From the NCBI GenBank assembly GCA_050952625.1, contig JBMNLH010000005.1, positions 32,001 through 96,000 on the forward strand: a DNA stretch of 64,000 bases, in the 5' to 3' direction. Below the pieces are notes generated by a model, which was not told the DNA's origin, ran no database searches, and was given only the letters and a program-made list of their open reading frames with translations. The translations under genes and the position numbers were made by a program. Positions 61,875 to 64,000 of this stretch are shown one piece after another. The DNA comes from Bacillota bacterium (GTDB lineage Bacteria; Bacillota; Ch66; Ch109). The first letter of the stretch is position 1, and every line of letters begins with the position of its first letter.

Positions 61875-62297
61875 ATGGATTTTCGCAACTGTCCGCGGTG
61901 TGATCAGTTATTTCGTTATGCTGGCCGCAACCTTTGCCCGGCTTGTATTCGGGCTGAGGATGAGGAGTACGAGAAGGTGCGGGTTTTCGTTCGGGACCAT
62001 CCAGGAATGACTATTCCTGAGGTCAGTAAGGCGACCGGCGTAAGTTCCGAAAAGATCATCCGTTTTTTGCGTGATGGAAGGTTATTGTCAAAAGGATTAG
62101 ATATGGGGGGGAGTTTGACTTGCGATAGCTGCGGGACTCACATAGATGAGGGGACTTTATGCCTGCGGTGTCGAGAGGAATTAGCTAGCCAATTTGGAAG
62201 CAAACTTAATCTTCTCCAACCAAAAAAGACGCCTCCTCCCGGGAAGTCGTTCAGCCAGCATAAAATGCATACCGCCCAAACGAAAAAGCCCTACTAG
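61875..62297 (+). CDS. yvyF: YvyF-like flagellar operon protein
   Basis: NCPRC...CPAC...EYEKVR...GRL; position between comF and flgM. Confidence 0.85.
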   Translation: MDFRNCPRCDQLFRYAGRNLCPACIRAEDEEYEKVRVFVRDHPGMTIPEVSKATGVSSEKIIRFLRDGRLLSKGLDMGGSLTCDSCGTHIDEGTLCLRCREELASQFGSKLNLLQPKKTPPPGKSFSQHKMHTAQTKKPY

Positions 62298-62624
62298 TAT
62301 TGTTGCGGTTATGTTTAGGGATGATGTTTTCACGCTAATTCCAGAGGGGAATCTCGCTACTAGTTATCGCTGCGGTTATGTCTAGGGCCTAACCATGGAT
62401 GAAACATTAAATCAGTATCGGACAGTTAAAAATCGGGGTCTAAGGCTGATTAAGCTCGTGGTGCTGAGCAAATCAGCGGTAATTTGCTTTTTAGCGACTA
62501 ATTGGAGTCGGCTGGGGTATCGAAAGATAAAATAAGAGACTGATAAGATTATTCGCATTTACTTAGGTTATTGTACTTTAACCGGCTAGATTATCTGGTC
62601 CGTGGACGAGGGGGAATAAGGATT

Positions 62625-62927
62625 ATGATTACCAATAAGCCAATTGATGGGCTGCTGAATGTATATGGAAAAAACCGGATAGATGCTTCGTCCCGGGTTA
62701 AATCGACAGCCGGTATTCAAGGTTCCAAAAGAGACCAATTGGAATTATCTGATACAGCTAGGATTTTACAGGTAGCTAATCAGGCTTTGAAGAATACAAC
62801 GGATATTAGATTAGATAAGGTGGAAGCTTTGCGGGAAAAGATTGAGAGCGGGCAATATCAGGTGTCGGCTGCTCAGATTGCCGAGGCTATCTTGCGAGAA
62901 TATGGAAATAATGCTTCTGGCGACTAA
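62625..62927 (+). CDS. flgM: Anti-sigma-28 factor FlgM
   Basis: DQLELS...R.DKVEALREKIESGQYQV...IAE. Confidence 0.88.
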   Translation: MITNKPIDGLLNVYGKNRIDASSRVKSTAGIQGSKRDQLELSDTARILQVANQALKNTTDIRLDKVEALREKIESGQYQVSAAQIAEAILREYGNNASGD

Positions 62928-63018
62928 ACATTTATACGATGGTATTCAGGGGACTAAAGGCATAGCCCGTTAGTTGCAGGACTTTCGGGCTTTTGTTTTC
63001 TTAAGGCGGTGAAGCAGA

Positions 63019-63552
63019 ATGACCGTGGGACAATCGAGGCCAGCGACCAAAACGGAGAAAATAGAATTAATGGAAAAAATCCTTGAAGCGCAGATTGGCC
63101 TCAATAAACATCTCTTAGAGACGGCCCGCCAGAAACAGCGGTTGATCATTCAAGGGAATTTACCCGAACTCAACCAGCTCCTGCAAACAGAGGGGCTTCT
63201 GATTGGGGAGGCGGTCAAGTTGGAGGCGGAGCGTTTTGGCCTACAGAGCGAACTGGCTCAGGAACACGGTTTGCCGTCTCAGGAATTAACGCTGGCTCGT
63301 ATTAAAGAAATTTTCGGTCAAGCCACAGCTCGTTTGCAACAATTGGGAACAGAGTTGTATCAGGTCCTGGATGAACTTAATCTAGTTAATCAGCAAAATA
63401 CCACTTTAATTGAGCAGTCTTTGCAGTTTTTGGAGTATAACATGAATCTTTTAACCGGGATAGGCAATGACCAGGGTGTCTATGGTCAATCTGGCGCGGA
63501 GTGTGCGGAGCCACAAGTTAACCGAGCCTGGATATTTGATAAGAAAGCCTGA
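63019..63552 (+). CDS. flgN: Flagellar chaperone FlgN
   Basis: Helical protein; N..N..LI..SL and FDKKA ending; between flgM and flgK. Confidence 0.85.
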   Translation: MTVGQSRPATKTEKIELMEKILEAQIGLNKHLLETARQKQRLIIQGNLPELNQLLQTEGLLIGEAVKLEAERFGLQSELAQEHGLPSQELTLARIKEIFGQATARLQQLGTELYQVLDELNLVNQQNTTLIEQSLQFLEYNMNLLTGIGNDQGVYGQSGAECAEPQVNRAWIFDKKA

Positions 63553-63568
63553 TAGGAGTTGAATTGGG

Positions 63569-64000
63569 GTGGGGTCAACCTTTTTTGGCTTAGAAATCGG
63601 ACGAAAAGGAATCCAAGCACAGCAACTGGCCTTGAATATTACCGGGCATAATATTGCCAACGCTAATACCCCGGGGTTTAGCCGGCAGGTGGGGATAATG
63701 GTTACTTCTTACCCGGATAATGTACCCAGTTTAAACCGGCCGGCCATGCATGGTTTGATTGGGACCGGGGTGATCATGAATGATATTGTGCGGGTGCGCA
63801 ACGAGTTTTACGATCGGCAGTTTTGGGATCAGAACATTGACCTGGGCCGCTGGGAAGAACGGCGGAATCAATTGTCCAAGCTGGAATTGGTCTTGAACGA
63901 AGGGTCCGAGGCCGGGCTTAGTTCGGTTTATGATATGTTCTGGCAGTCGTGGCAGGAACTGGTGAAAAAAGCGGAAAATGAGACCTACCGGACCGTGGTT
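63569..64000 (+). CDS. flgK: Flagellar hook-associated protein FlgK (partial, runs off the window)
   Basis: STFFGLEIGRKGIQAQQLALNITGHNIANANTPGFSRQ...GTGV. Confidence 0.93.
   Translation, partial: MGSTFFGLEIGRKGIQAQQLALNITGHNIANANTPGFSRQVGIMVTSYPDNVPSLNRPAMHGLIGTGVIMNDIVRVRNEFYDRQFWDQNIDLGRWEERRNQLSKLELVLNEGSEAGLSSVYDMFWQSWQELVKKAENETYRTVV

Noticed and set aside
62440-62625. Sigma-D promoter before flgM
   Set aside because: No adequate TAAA-N15-GCCGATAT match found by eye
1-64000. tRNA, rRNA or classical integron integrase/attC sites
   Set aside because: None recognised; no tyrosine recombinase gene in the window

Overview
Chromosomal window from a flagellated Bacillota organism, probably Clostridia-like (inferred from CodY, comF-yvyF-flgM-flgN-flgK, sigma-H-like promoters and Gram-positive LexA boxes). 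It has three parts. (1) 1-25.4 kb: a surface-polysaccharide locus with two Wzy/ligase-like proteins, GT2/GT4 transferases, WecB, an epimerase and a PglC/DegT/NeuD + FabH/FabG/ACP/FabD acylated-aminosugar module. It is interrupted by an IS256, a SIR2-relic/HD-dNTPase insert and a DUF1659-DUF2922-YvrJ-ComK-like module. (2) 25.4-52 kb: a mosaic accessory zone with TA/defence-type pairs (AbiE, ImmA-PIN, MNT-HEPN, truncated AAA), a radical SAM-dCTP deaminase-DUF2284 operon, a trehalose operon, duplications, and relics of TnpB, terminase and IS21. About 14 copies of one 27-bp REP hairpin, spread over 18.5-51.8 kb, punctuate this zone and the end of part 1, around their probable RAYT transposase. (3) 52-64 kb: core genes, with IS605-end-like repeats in consecutive intergenic gaps. 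The top candidates for an undescribed system are the RAYT/REP-punctuated cassette-like array, the duplicated LexA-boxed DUF1659-DUF2922-YvrJ-ComK-like module, and the radical SAM/dCTP deaminase operon. All family assignments are by motif recognition; no searches were run.
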